This document shows, one piece after another, positions 10,739 to 19,130 of a stretch of 64,000 bases of DNA (position 1 is its first letter; each line of letters starts with the position of its first letter). The translations under genes were made by a program, and so were the position numbers. The DNA lies in assembly GCA_963772005.1 (NCBI GenBank), contig CAVYVS010000020.1, positions 25,312 to 89,311 of the forward strand, given 5' to 3'. The notes under the pieces were generated by a model. The model was given only the letters and a program-made list of their open reading frames with translations. It was not told the origin of the DNA and made no database searches. The DNA comes from an uncultured Nitrososphaerota archaeon (GTDB lineage Archaea; Thermoproteota; Nitrososphaeria; Conexivisphaerales; DTJL01).

Positions 10739-10930
10739 CGTCCGTTCCCTGGCCCTCCCTCCTAAAATCGTTTGATTCAAGACCGAGATGGGTGCGCATG
10801 CTTCAGGGGTTGGTCCGAGCTCCTTGACCGGACTCAATGAGGCGTGGAAGGCGCCTGCCCTCCCTCGTCCGTTGCCCGGCTGCCTCGACCCCTTCAGTAG
10901 TCCAGGGGGAACTCCGAGCCTTTCGTGGGT

Positions 10931-11347
10931 TCAGGGTTTCCCTCGCGGCCCGTCAGCTCCCATCGAATCCTCGTCAGGAGGTTTGGGTGGGCGCGGGTGA
11001 GGGCCCTGGAAGGACCATGGCCTCAGGATGAAACACCGGGTGGCATCAAGGGCCACGACCTCGGGTGGGTACAACCAGCCGCCCAGCAAGACCGGGCCGC
11101 CGAAGAAGTCCCCCTTTCCGAGCTCACCGATGGGCTGGCCCCCCCTCCTCAGCTGGACCTTTCCGTCGAGAATCATGTGGAAGGCCACCTGCCGATCTTC
11201 TTGGGCCACCAGCGTCACCCCGGCCCCGAACCGCGTTTCCTCCCCTAGCCGGACGATCGTCCTAAGCTCGACCCTCCCGAAACCAGCGAACACCGCGGTG
11301 GTACCGAGCTCGCCCATGAGGCCTTCGGCCGGGCCCTTGTACATCAC
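10931..11347 (-). CDS. cyclic-nucleotide-binding (cNMP) domain protein; possible zinc-ribbon N-terminal extension to 11473 in other frames
   Basis: RFGAGVTLVAQEDRQVAFHMILDGKVQL...GELGKGDFFGG is a Crp/cNMP-binding beta-barrel pattern. Upstream, MAFDVNATSE (ATG 11473) and QCGTCF..x20..KCPDCALAG are readable only after two frame switches. Confidence 0.65.
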   Translation of the reverse strand: MMYKGPAEGLMGELGTTAVFAGFGRVELRTIVRLGEETRFGAGVTLVAQEDRQVAFHMILDGKVQLRRGGQPIGELGKGDFFGGPVLLGGWLYPPEVVALDATRCFILRPWSFQGPHPRPPKPPDEDSMGADGPRGKP

Positions 11348-11593
11348 CGGCTAGGGCACAGTCTGGGCATTTGAGCTTTCCGAGATTGACGACGTTCGGG
11401 CGGACTATCGGCGCCGATCCCGTGAAGCAGGTGCCGCATTGCGTTCAGAGGTCGCGTTGACGTCGAACGCCATGGCGAAATGCCGGTTGCCCTCCCTCGT
11501 GCAAACTCGGTCGTCGGATTGGCCCCCGGCGAGCATCCCCCGCCAAGGTCCCCAGCCGGGGCGTTGCCATTCGGCGAGAAGGGCCGCTATTGC

Positions 11594-12379
11594 CTACTTC
11601 TTCATTATGAAGCATAGCTTGTAGTAGGGAGGAAGGATCCTGGCCTGGGCGCCCGAGAAGGCCGGAGCGCCGGCGTGAAGGCCTGTGGCATCGTGATGAT
11701 GGGGCTCCGCCCCGTTGATGTGCATGTCGAACGGGTGCGTGTGGTTGCTCGCGGCCACGCTGAGCGCTTCCTTTGCATTGGGGTTCTTGGCAGGGTCCAC
11801 CTTGACGGACCGGATCAAGGAGGGCCCGATTATCGGGCGAACGTTCACGCCCAGAGACTGGTACCGCACATATGCGGCCGGATCTCCCTCGCCCCTGTCG
11901 TCTTGCACGAAGGAGCTCACCACGCGGGCGCTGTGGGAGTGAGAGCTCTCGTCGGCGGTGGTCCCGCTTATGGCCGGGGCCGAGACCGTGCCTGCTGGGG
12001 TGTAATCGGAAGAGCCTCCGGTCCCGCCAGCTTCCTCTCCTTCGCTGACGGACAGGATGAACTTGTCACGCAGGTCGGGCGTGCCGCCAGTGCCGTCGCA
12101 GAGAGCCCAACCCTCCGGGATGTCGGCTCGGCGAGCCGCCACATGACGATTATCCCGGGGACAACCTCGCTCATCGAGCCAGGAAGCCCTTGGGCGCCCT
12201 GAAGGCCCTGGGGTCCAGGAGCTCCATCCTTCCCCGGCGGGCCTCTGAAGGCCTTCGTCACCCTTGGGCCCAGGCGGGCCTGGCGGCCCCTGGAACAGAC
12301 CCAGCGAAGGTGCGCCGCACTTGGGACAGACCTTAGCTTCCAGAGGCGTATTAACTCCACAGTTCCAACACAGAGGCAT
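11594..12379 (-). CDS. zinc-ribbon / collagen-like repeat / phage tail-collar (MdpB-like) domain protein; central part readable only in another frame
   Basis: It has CWNCG..CPKCG, about a dozen G-X-Y triplets, then VVPGIIVMW, IPEGWALCDGTGGTPDLRDKF and ILPPYYKLCFIMKK. The triplets after GDEGLQ and VVPGIIVMW lie in track ORF 11968..12360 between about 12240 and about 12130. Confidence 0.7.
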   Translation of the reverse strand: MPLCWNCGVNTPLEAKVCPKCGAPSLGLFQGPPGPPGPKGDEGLQRPAGEGWSSWTPGPSGRPRASWLDERGCPRDNRHVAARRADIPEGWALCDGTGGTPDLRDKFILSVSEGEEAGGTGGSSDYTPAGTVSAPAISGTTADESSHSHSARVVSSFVQDDRGEGDPAAYVRYQSLGVNVRPIIGPSLIRSVKVDPAKNPNAKEALSVAASNHTHPFDMHINGAEPHHHDATGLHAGAPAFSGAQARILPPYYKLCFIMKK

Positions 12380-12428
12380 TACTGGCGAATACGAAAAATC
12401 GTTATAAAAGCGTTGATTGTCCCGCCCT

Positions 12429-12518
12429 TCAGATCGACCTTAGCAGAAGGGCGATGGAGGCGGTTACGACGATCATCATGGCGATGACCATCAGGGCCTT
12501 GGTCTTCGTGTACCCCAT
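12429..12518 (-). CDS. 29-aa single-TM microprotein (hypothetical)
   Basis: MGYTKTKALMVIAMMIVVTASIALLLRSI. It has strong third-position G/C bias and the same orientation as the tail-collar gene, 50 nt upstream of it. Confidence 0.35.
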   Translation of the reverse strand: MGYTKTKALMVIAMMIVVTASIALLLRSI

Positions 12519-12737
12519 TTCTCTCGGCCCACTCCTTTCGAAACCTCAGAGGCCATCGGTCCTGCCTGGCGCATGGCTTACGAGGATCGTCGACGTTTAG
12601 CCAGATGGGATGACCTGTGGGATTGAGTGGGCGAATGTCGTAGCCGGAACGATGGTCAGATCCCGTTCAGGCTGGGTGAATCCCCCCCGGGCGGAGCAAA
12701 GGAGATATCCGTTGGGCCTGTGGCATAAGCAAGGGCC

Positions 12738-13331
12738 ATGCAGCACGTGTCGAAGCAGGGGATCAAGCCGACGGTCGTCCTGTACGGGGTACGACGGTCA
12801 GTCTCGGAGATCCTCGACCTCCCCTTTACAAAGCGCATTGACCACCAGGCATTCAAGCCGGACCAGAGGATTCTGGCGCTCTGGGCCGCCGACTGTGCCG
12901 GCCACGTGCTCCCCTTCTTCGAAGAGAAGCATCCGGGCGACGCCAGGCCCCGGATGGCCATCGAAGCCTGCAGAGGGTGGGTGGCCACCGGCGAGTTCAG
13001 GATGGGGGAGATACGCAAGGCTGCGCTGGACGCTCACGCCGCCGCCCGCGAAGCGAAGGAGGAGGACTCGAAGGCCGCAGCCCACTCCGCGGGACATGCA
13101 GTGGCGACCGCCCACGTCTCCACTCACTCCCTGGGTAGCTCCGTATACGGCATCATGGCCGCCGCGGCCCGCTCGGGCAACCTCGACGATGGCCTCGTCA
13201 GGGAACGCGAATGGCAGCTGCAGCGGCTACGCGAATATGCCAAGCACCGCCTCGAGCTTCGGCCCATGGGCCGCCCGACGCGCGGCTGGTCCAACGAATG
13301 CCGCTTGGAGTTCTCAATCTCCGAGCCATGA
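12738..13331 (+). CDS. Imm5-like helical 'putative immunity protein' family member
   Basis: LALWAADCAGHVLPFFEE..PGDARPRMAIEACRGWVATGE..AALDAHAAAREA..AAHSAGHAVATAHV matches this family as I remember it. The 3' end overlaps vapC by 18 nt (convergent). Confidence 0.55.
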   Translation: MQHVSKQGIKPTVVLYGVRRSVSEILDLPFTKRIDHQAFKPDQRILALWAADCAGHVLPFFEEKHPGDARPRMAIEACRGWVATGEFRMGEIRKAALDAHAAAREAKEEDSKAAAHSAGHAVATAHVSTHSLGSSVYGIMAAAARSGNLDDGLVREREWQLQRLREYAKHRLELRPMGRPTRGWSNECRLEFSISEP

Positions 13332-13766
13332 GGTCTCGGACAGGCCCTTGAAATGGGGGTCACCCGTAAGGACGAAGGCATGGAGGCTCCTGGCAGTGGC
13401 CAGTAGTATCGCATCGCCAAGGCCGGGCCTCCCGAGTCCCTGGGAACGCGCCTTCTCGGTCAGCTCGACCGAGGCATTGGCGGAGCTCTGCGCCAGGTCG
13501 ATGTCGATCTCGATCACCTCCGCGGACTCCGATATCGTCTGAAGGAGTCGACGGATAAAGGCGGGGTCGACTCCCTCCCTCAGATACTTCCTGGCCAGCT
13601 CGGCGAGGACGATGCTAGGCGTGAACACGTCCTCCGCCGCTTCGATTCGTTCCTTCGCCGTCCTTCCTGCGGCGCTCCCCTTGAACAGCTCCACCCAGGC
13701 CCATGAGTCAACTACGGTCTTCAAGGCGGTCCTCCTCTGCAAACCTCCTCGACGCGTCCGGATCAC
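13314..13766 (-). CDS. vapC: PIN-domain toxin (VapC-like)
   Basis: VVDSWAWVE (first acidic residue), SIVLAELARK, GLGDAILLATA and VLTGDPHF. The probable start is TTG at 13724, inside the track ORF. Confidence 0.75.
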   Translation of the reverse strand: MIRTRRGGLQRRTALKTVVDSWAWVELFKGSAAGRTAKERIEAAEDVFTPSIVLAELARKYLREGVDPAFIRRLLQTISESAEVIEIDIDLAQSSANASVELTEKARSQGLGRPGLGDAILLATARSLHAFVLTGDPHFKGLSETSWLGD

Positions 13767-13926
13767 TACCGAAGGCTGAATCGAGGGCCTCCTTCCTCCT
13801 CCTTCTCACCAGAATCCCTATCGTTTCATCCATGCTCTTGGCGTGGAGGCTCCGCTGCAGCGAGGCCAGCCTTCTAGCAGTCTCCTTGGAAACCTTCACC
13901 GTCGTCGATTCCGTCAATTCGCTCAT
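13708..13926 (-). CDS. vapB: VapB-like antitoxin (ribbon-helix-helix-like)
   Basis: 72-aa ORF from ATG 13926 (MSELTESTTVKVSKETARRLASLQ...). It overlaps the vapC start, with a TATA box about 24 nt upstream. Confidence 0.6.
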   Translation of the reverse strand: MSELTESTTVKVSKETARRLASLQRSLHAKSMDETIGILVRRRRKEALDSAFGSDPDASRRFAEEDRLEDRS

Positions 13927-13944
13927 GGAGTATAAGGGTATGCC

Positions 13945-13954
13945 GGTATATAAG
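13945..13954 (-). promoter_or_regulatory. TATA box of vapBC-1 (near-leaderless)
   Basis: The minus strand reads cttatatacc, centred about 24 nt upstream of ATG 13926. Confidence 0.5.
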
Positions 13955-13985
13955 ACGACGATTCCCTTTCGGCTTGAACTGGCCG

Positions 13986-14486
13986 TCAGTGCACGAGTCT
14001 GTCCGTCCTCTGGAAGTACTGGAGAAGCTTGGCGTTGCTCGCGGCTAGGTCGCTCGGCGGCTGGCATGGCGGGTAGAACAGCCGGATCGCGCTGTAGTTG
14101 GCCAGCTCGGGTGGCGGGGCATATGAAGGAAACAGGATGGAGATTCTGGGTGGAGCCGGAACCGCGTCCATCGAAGCTTTTCTGAACACCGCTTGGTAGA
14201 CCTCTTCCCCATCTATCCTGACCGAGACCCCGGTCCAGCTGTAGAGGTCCCCCGTCTGGTTGAGCCGCAAGGCCGCTTGAGGCGTGATACCGATCTCCTG
14301 GCTGGTCCAGTTATACGACAGGACATCGTCGTCGGACAGCAGGAGGGTATTGCCACCGATGGAGTAGACCCTGAACCCTTGCGCGCTCCTCGGCACATCT
14401 TCGACGTAAAAGGCGACGACCAAGGAGGACGCCAGGAGCGCCACAAGGAGGGCGATCCAAACGAGCCTCTTACGCACCTGCTCCAT
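13986..14486 (-). CDS. N-terminally anchored hypothetical protein
   Basis: 166-aa ORF with a TM helix (LVWIALLVALLASSLVVAFY). No recognisable domain. Confidence 0.5.
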   Translation of the reverse strand: MEQVRKRLVWIALLVALLASSLVVAFYVEDVPRSAQGFRVYSIGGNTLLLSDDDVLSYNWTSQEIGITPQAALRLNQTGDLYSWTGVSVRIDGEEVYQAVFRKASMDAVPAPPRISILFPSYAPPPELANYSAIRLFYPPCQPPSDLAASNAKLLQYFQRTDRLVH

Positions 14487-14613
14487 CTCCTGGGCACGTC
14501 TTCATCGCCACGCGTTCTTAAGTCAAGCCCCGCGGTGGGCCGGATAAGGTTCCAGACCATCACTCCCTCAGGCTGCGGATTCGGCTCAACCCCGTCCCAA
14601 ATGCGCCCTCGTC

Positions 14614-14627
14614 TCAGGATATCCTGA
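14614..14627. promoter_or_regulatory. perfect 14-bp palindrome, candidate operator
   Basis: tcaggatatcctga lies about 70 nt upstream of ATG 14695. Confidence 0.3.
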
Positions 14628-14694
14628 TGGCCTCTCTAGAGAATCACCGCCGGCGAATCCTTAACTATCGTGACGCCATAACCCCTACACGTCA

Positions 14695-15249
14695 ATGCCA
14701 CCCGGCCCTGACAAGGTGGTTTTCTTCGGCCTGGCGACCACGGGCTCTAACCCCTTCGAATCTCAAATCATCACCATACAGGCGAGGACAGAAGGGAGGA
14801 CCACCATCTGGGCGGCCTGGGAAACGTCGGAGAGGAGGGTCATCGATAACTTCCTCACGTTCACGGACCAGCTCGCCAGGAAGTCCACCACGTTCGTCGG
14901 ATACGGCCTGCTGAGGTTCGACCTACCCTTTCTCGTGAGGCGGATGAACAACAGGGGGATGCTCACCGACGAGCGCTGGAGAAGGCTCCACCAGGAGATA
15001 AACTGGTTCGACATGTACCTCTTCCTCGGGGACCAGTTCTCGAAATTCAGGGAGTGGAACATCGGCCCAGCCGGCAGGGCTCTGGAGGCGGTCCACAAGG
15101 GAATCCCACAACTATACGAACGGAAGGAGTACGACAAGATCGTCAAGTACATCATCGACGACATGGAAGGATGCGAAAGGGTCTATCAAGCTCTACAGAA
15201 GGAGGAGTTCTACGAGAAGCTCATCACCCTCAGGAAGAGGCTCGTCTAG
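14695..15249 (+). CDS. RNase H-fold 3'-5' exonuclease homolog (DnaQ/YprB/PolB-exo-like) with degenerate Exo I motif
   Basis: VVFFGLATTGSNPFESQIITIQ aligns to the FFDxETTGxxP motif with D->G and E->A. The Exo II-like motif GYGLLRFDLPFL and the Exo III-like motif YIIDDMEGCERVY are present. Confidence 0.55.
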   Translation: MPPGPDKVVFFGLATTGSNPFESQIITIQARTEGRTTIWAAWETSERRVIDNFLTFTDQLARKSTTFVGYGLLRFDLPFLVRRMNNRGMLTDERWRRLHQEINWFDMYLFLGDQFSKFREWNIGPAGRALEAVHKGIPQLYERKEYDKIVKYIIDDMEGCERVYQALQKEEFYEKLITLRKRLV

Positions 15250-15316
15250 ACACCCTTCGCCCGCCCACGGGAAGGCTTATCTCATTTCGGCCCCTAGCGA
15301 ATGAGCGAGAGAAAGG

Positions 15317-15832
15317 ATGGAGTTCCCCGAACTCATACGAAAGAGACACTCGATCAGAGCCTACAGCGCGGAGCCGGTAGAAGAAGAGAAGCTCGGGCAG
15401 ATAATGGAGGCCATAAGCTCCGCCCCTTCCGCAGGCAACCTTCAGGCCTACGAGGTTTTCGTGGTCAGGGGAGGGGAGAAGAAGCGAGAGCTGGCAAAGG
15501 CGGCGCTGGACCAGGACTTCCTGACCGGCGCGCCACTGTGCCTCGTATTCTTCGCCAGCCCCCAGAGGTCCTCGGTCAAGTACGGCCCCCGAGGGGAGCT
15601 TCTCTACTGCATCCAGGACGCCACCATCGCCGCGACCTTCGCGATGTTGGCCGCCGTGAACCTCGGCCTATGCACCGCATGGCCGGGGGCCTTCGACGAC
15701 CGCGAGGTAGCCAGGGTCTGCGGGGCCGGTGCCATGCGGCCCGTCGCCATACTCCCGATTGGCTACCCCGCCGAAGAGCCGAAGGCGACGACCAGGCGAG
15801 ACTTCGAGGACGTCTTCCACCATATAGGCTGA
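15317..15832 (+). CDS. nitroreductase family protein
   Basis: IRKRHSIRAY, APSAGNLQAYE and DATIAATFAMLAA are typical NADH oxidase/flavin reductase fold motifs. Confidence 0.85.
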   Translation: MEFPELIRKRHSIRAYSAEPVEEEKLGQIMEAISSAPSAGNLQAYEVFVVRGGEKKRELAKAALDQDFLTGAPLCLVFFASPQRSSVKYGPRGELLYCIQDATIAATFAMLAAVNLGLCTAWPGAFDDREVARVCGAGAMRPVAILPIGYPAEEPKATTRRDFEDVFHHIG

Positions 15833-15954
15833 CCCTGCCTTCCTGCGTAAGGGTGTGTGCACCTGGGGCGTTCGGGGCCTCCAACGGGAAGGTCTCCCAC
15901 CGTCGGCTGCGTAGTTCGTTATATCGTGGACCCCACTCGATATCCTGATAGAGT

Positions 15955-16131
15955 TTGCCCGACCCTCCACACTATGGAAGGCAGCCCGCGAACCATGGCC
16001 CCGTCTGCCGCATGTGCGAGTTCTACGACGGCGGGGACATTGGCTGCAAGAAGTATGAGGTCTTCGTCGAGCCGAACTTCGAATGCGATTCATGGAGCCG
16101 AAATCCCAAACTGCCGATCAGGGCCGTCTAG
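15955..16131 (+). CDS. 58-aa four-Cys protein, HiPIP-like spacing (hypothetical)
   Basis: TTG start. LPDPPHYGRQPANHGPVCRMCEFYDGGDIGCKKYEVFVEPNFECDSWSRNPKLPIRAV shows the pattern C-x2-C-x9-C-x12-C-x2-W. It is below the 60-aa track threshold. Confidence 0.35.
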   Translation: MPDPPHYGRQPANHGPVCRMCEFYDGGDIGCKKYEVFVEPNFECDSWSRNPKLPIRAV

Positions 16132-16258
16132 AGCAAAACCTCCTCCTTCCTTTATTCACATTTCAGGTGACTGGCAAGCAGGCCGAAGAACTCCCAGGCG
16201 TCCGCGCAGCTTGCCTCTTGGAAGCCTTAAATCTCCTACGGGGCTACATCGGGTTCAG

Positions 16259-16910
16259 ATGACGGAATTCGGAAAGGCCCTCCCCGGTCTCCAGATAGCC
16301 CTTGCTCTTCTCAGCGTGATCTTGATACTCGCGACGCCATTCGCCAGCTTCAGGTTCTACGGATACGGCGCCTTCAACCTGGCCGACACAAACACAGAGT
16401 TGGTGGCAGGAGCCGTCGTCATCTCGACCCTGGCCATCGCCTACTCGGGCTACATGATGGGCTGGAAGGTCTCGGGCCTAGCCGGCCGCGAAGTATGCAA
16501 GGCTGACCCTCTACCTTGGGGCCATCCAGTGGGTATGGGTCGTGTCCCTGGTCCTGGCGATATGGAACGAGATAGTGTACAACGCCACCTTCGCCGAGGG
16601 CGCCTACTACTGGTGGCTGGACGCAGCTTCGTACGCGGTCGTGCTCGGAGCGATATCCTTCACTGCTTTGGGTGCGATTGCCTTCCTGAGGTCGAGGTCC
16701 CGGGCTGCCACCGCGCCGACGCTGGCGTTTTCGACCCCTACCCCCGTCGGTAGCTACGCGAGCCAGCCGTCCCCTTCGACGTCTCCGGGCCCGGCACTTG
16801 ATAGCGCTCAGGCATCTGCGCCCGCGGGCCGGTTCTGCACGGGCTGCGGAGCCCCACTCCCGACGGGAGCAGCCTTCTGCACCAACTGCGGGAGGCGCAG
16901 CAGCGCATAG
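16259..16910 (+). pseudogene. multi-TM protein with C-terminal zinc ribbon, one frame break
   Basis: ATG at 16259. TM helices are followed by FCTGCG..FCTNCG. The sequence switches from the frame of ORF 15857..16753 to ORF 16542..16910 near 16485-16495. Confidence 0.55.
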
Positions 16911-17051
16911 CTGCCCTTGATCGCCTGGATGCGCTCCGCTTCGCATTTCTGTGGGTTCCGACGGCGCGATAATACATACACAAATAGCCATTAATATATG
17001 AAGGAAATCTCCTGGAAGCCGTGACTTGACAACAAAACATCTTTATCGAGG

Positions 17052-17777
17052 ATGGGTATCTCCAATTGTAACATGAGCGATAACAGCGGGCAGGTGCCTC
17101 CTAGGACCTGTCCCAAGTGCGGAAGTCAGGTGGCCGCCGGAACGAGGTTCTGCGGAAACTGCGGCGCCAGCGTGCCGCAGGCGCCCAGCGTACAGCCAGG
17201 TCAGAGCCTCTGTCCGAACTGCGGCAGAGGCGTACCCCCCGGAGCCTTGACGTGCCCGAGCTGCGGACAACCATTGAAGCAGGCCCAACCCCTGCCCAGG
17301 ACCCAGCCCCCGATGATGCAGAACGCCTGGAAGGAGAACGCCAGCGTCCTGTGGTGGCTGGCGCCGATGATCTTCTCAATCCTCGGAGGCATCGTCGCGT
17401 ATTTTATGCTTAGACGCAAGGCCCCCCAGACGGCCACGCTCCTGTTGACCATGAGCTTCTTCTTCTTCACGATAGTCATCGCCAGCTCCTTCGGTGGATT
17501 GTGGCCGGTCGGGCTCATTATCGTGATCATAATGGGCGTCGTCATGATGTACCTTCAGTCGCGCGCATCCGCTGGCAGGCCAGTCATGCTGGGCCAACCC
17601 CGACCTGGGTTCTCTACTATCGTGGCGACTTCACCAGCGGAATCGGTGGGGTACTCGCAATCCCCGCCTCCGGCTTCTACCAACTATGGCAAATTCTGTG
17701 CAAGCTGCGGAGCCCCAATCCCTCCAGGCGCGGCATTCTGTCCAACCTGCGGGAAGGGAACCCTTCGCGGAGTCTGA
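17052..17777 (+). CDS. zinc-ribbon membrane protein
   Basis: N-terminal CPKCG..CGNCG and CPNCG..CPSCG, central TM helices, and C-terminal CASCG..CPTCG. Confidence 0.65.
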   Translation: MGISNCNMSDNSGQVPPRTCPKCGSQVAAGTRFCGNCGASVPQAPSVQPGQSLCPNCGRGVPPGALTCPSCGQPLKQAQPLPRTQPPMMQNAWKENASVLWWLAPMIFSILGGIVAYFMLRRKAPQTATLLLTMSFFFFTIVIASSFGGLWPVGLIIVIIMGVVMMYLQSRASAGRPVMLGQPRPGFSTIVATSPAESVGYSQSPPPASTNYGKFCASCGAPIPPGAAFCPTCGKGTLRGV

Positions 17778-17994
17778 GTGACAGTACACAGGCGCGCCAG
17801 TGGAGAGGTCAATCGTGGCGGCAGCCCGGCCCGGACAATGGCAGATGTCAAATCGTGCGCCTACCGGAGATTCGCGCGGCTCTATACTGGGCAGGTTGCA
17901 TGGCCCTAAGTTGATTATGGTGCAAATCCCTGGATACTCGTGAAGCTCCTTCTTTCACACAATGCAGAAACACGCGGATGAAAGCATCGGCCTT

Positions 17995-18099
17995 GTGGAG
18001 TTGTACATCCTAAGACACGGCGAGGCCGGGGAGCCTCCACTCCGGCCCTTTCATCCCCAGTCCGTCACTAAGGGGAAGAAGATTCGGGGGTTGCAGTAG
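17995..18099 (+). pseudogene. remnant of a SixA/histidine-phosphatase-type gene (N-terminal RHG motif only)
   Basis: VELYILRHGEAGE is followed by unrelated sequence and a TAG at 18097-18099. The remnant overlaps the 3' end of the minus-strand gene 18068..18439. Confidence 0.3.
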
Positions 18100-18439
18100 C
18101 GCTAGAGGTTGTCGTGGCGGGAGCTTTGGGCTTCTCTCGGAGGCTTTTCACACGCGCTTCGACAACCGTCTTTGCCTCGTCCTTAGCCTTTAGCGCCTTC
18201 TCTTTCAGGTCCTTGACCGACGCTTTGATGTCCTTCTCTTCTCGCTTGGACTTCTCCTTTGCTTGAGCAAGTTCTGCGGCCAGCTTCTTGTGAAGGCCGT
18301 CGATCTCGGACTTGAGGTTGGTCTTCTGCTCGACCCTGAGGTGAGCCACGTCTGATTTCAAGGTGGCGACTTCCAGTTTCAAAGCCGCTATCTCTCTAGC
18401 CAGCTCTTTCTTCGTAACTTTCTTAGGTTTCTCGACCAT
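18068..18439 (-). CDS. Lys/Glu/Ala-rich coiled-coil-like protein (hypothetical)
   Basis: 123 aa from ATG 18439 (MVEKPKKVTKKELAREIAALKLEVATLK...). G+C is visibly lower than in the flanks. Confidence 0.5.
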   Translation of the reverse strand: MVEKPKKVTKKELAREIAALKLEVATLKSDVAHLRVEQKTNLKSEIDGLHKKLAAELAQAKEKSKREEKDIKASVKDLKEKALKAKDEAKTVVEARVKSLREKPKAPATTTSSATATPESSSP

Positions 18440-18593
18440 TCTACTACTACACGTCTGACTATTCCGACGGAAGTATTTTAACAATTCATGACATCTGTGT
18501 CAGCGCCGGTGGACGCCGCTGCATCGCGACCCTGATGGAGCCGGTCCCCGGGGCGCAGGCGGGATTCCCCTGCCTCTCCCAGACACCTGACCC

Positions 18594-18896
18594 CTACGCC
18601 TTGTGGATCGTTATCGAAATGACCGTGGTCATCCTGCGCTCTCCCCTCAACCGCCCGACGAAGCCGACCATCGAGTAGCCCAGTGATCCATACTCCTTCC
18701 TGAAGACCTCCAGCATCCTGTCGTTCTCTTCTCCCTCAAGTACCCGGGCTTCCCCGTCGGCCCAGGCCCCGGTGGGATTCCCCCTCTGGTCCGAAGGCGC
18801 GATGCGAACGTGGGGGTTCCTCCTGATGCGCTTCACCTTCCAGGTGGTGGGGTCCGTGCGCACGTAGATGAGCCCTTCATGTTCCAACGATTGCAC
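18594..18896 (-). CDS. PPOX-class (pyridoxamine 5'-phosphate oxidase-like, probably F420-dependent) protein; true start unresolved
   Basis: SYKRNGEPKRTPV / LIYVRT / WKVKRIRRNPHVRIAP. The family sequence continues upstream of the GTG at 18896 (RRYINLESYKRNGEPKRTP) with no start codon. An upstream ORF from ATG 19127 lies in another frame. Confidence 0.6.
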   Translation of the reverse strand: MQSLEHEGLIYVRTDPTTWKVKRIRRNPHVRIAPSDQRGNPTGAWADGEARVLEGEENDRMLEVFRKEYGSLGYSMVGFVGRLRGERRMTTVISITIHKA

Positions 18897-19130
18897 TGGG
18901 GTGCGTTTCGGCTCGCCGTTCCTCTTGTACGACTCCAGATTGATGTATCTACGACCCGAGAACGGCCCTGTTGATGCCAGACGTGGTCACCCATACTTCC
19001 CGCGCGGGAACCTTCGGCGCCTGAATCTGAACCCTCTCTGATATACCCTCCGAACGAGTCATCCGCCCGAGGAAGTTGCCCAGAAGGATGCCGGCTGCGG
19101 TAAAGACCCAGGAGTCCATCGCGGAGAGGG

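Noticed and set aside
10931-11347. The cNMP-binding protein as an effector of a cyclic-nucleotide defence system (Pycsar/CBASS-like).
   Set aside because: No nucleotide cyclase or recognisable effector (TIR, TM pore, nuclease) is encoded in the neighbourhood. The domain alone is common in regulators.
11594-12379. The tail-collar gene as evidence of a prophage or provirus.
   Set aside because: No capsid, portal, terminase, integrase or att-like repeats are nearby. The neighbouring genes are cellular types.
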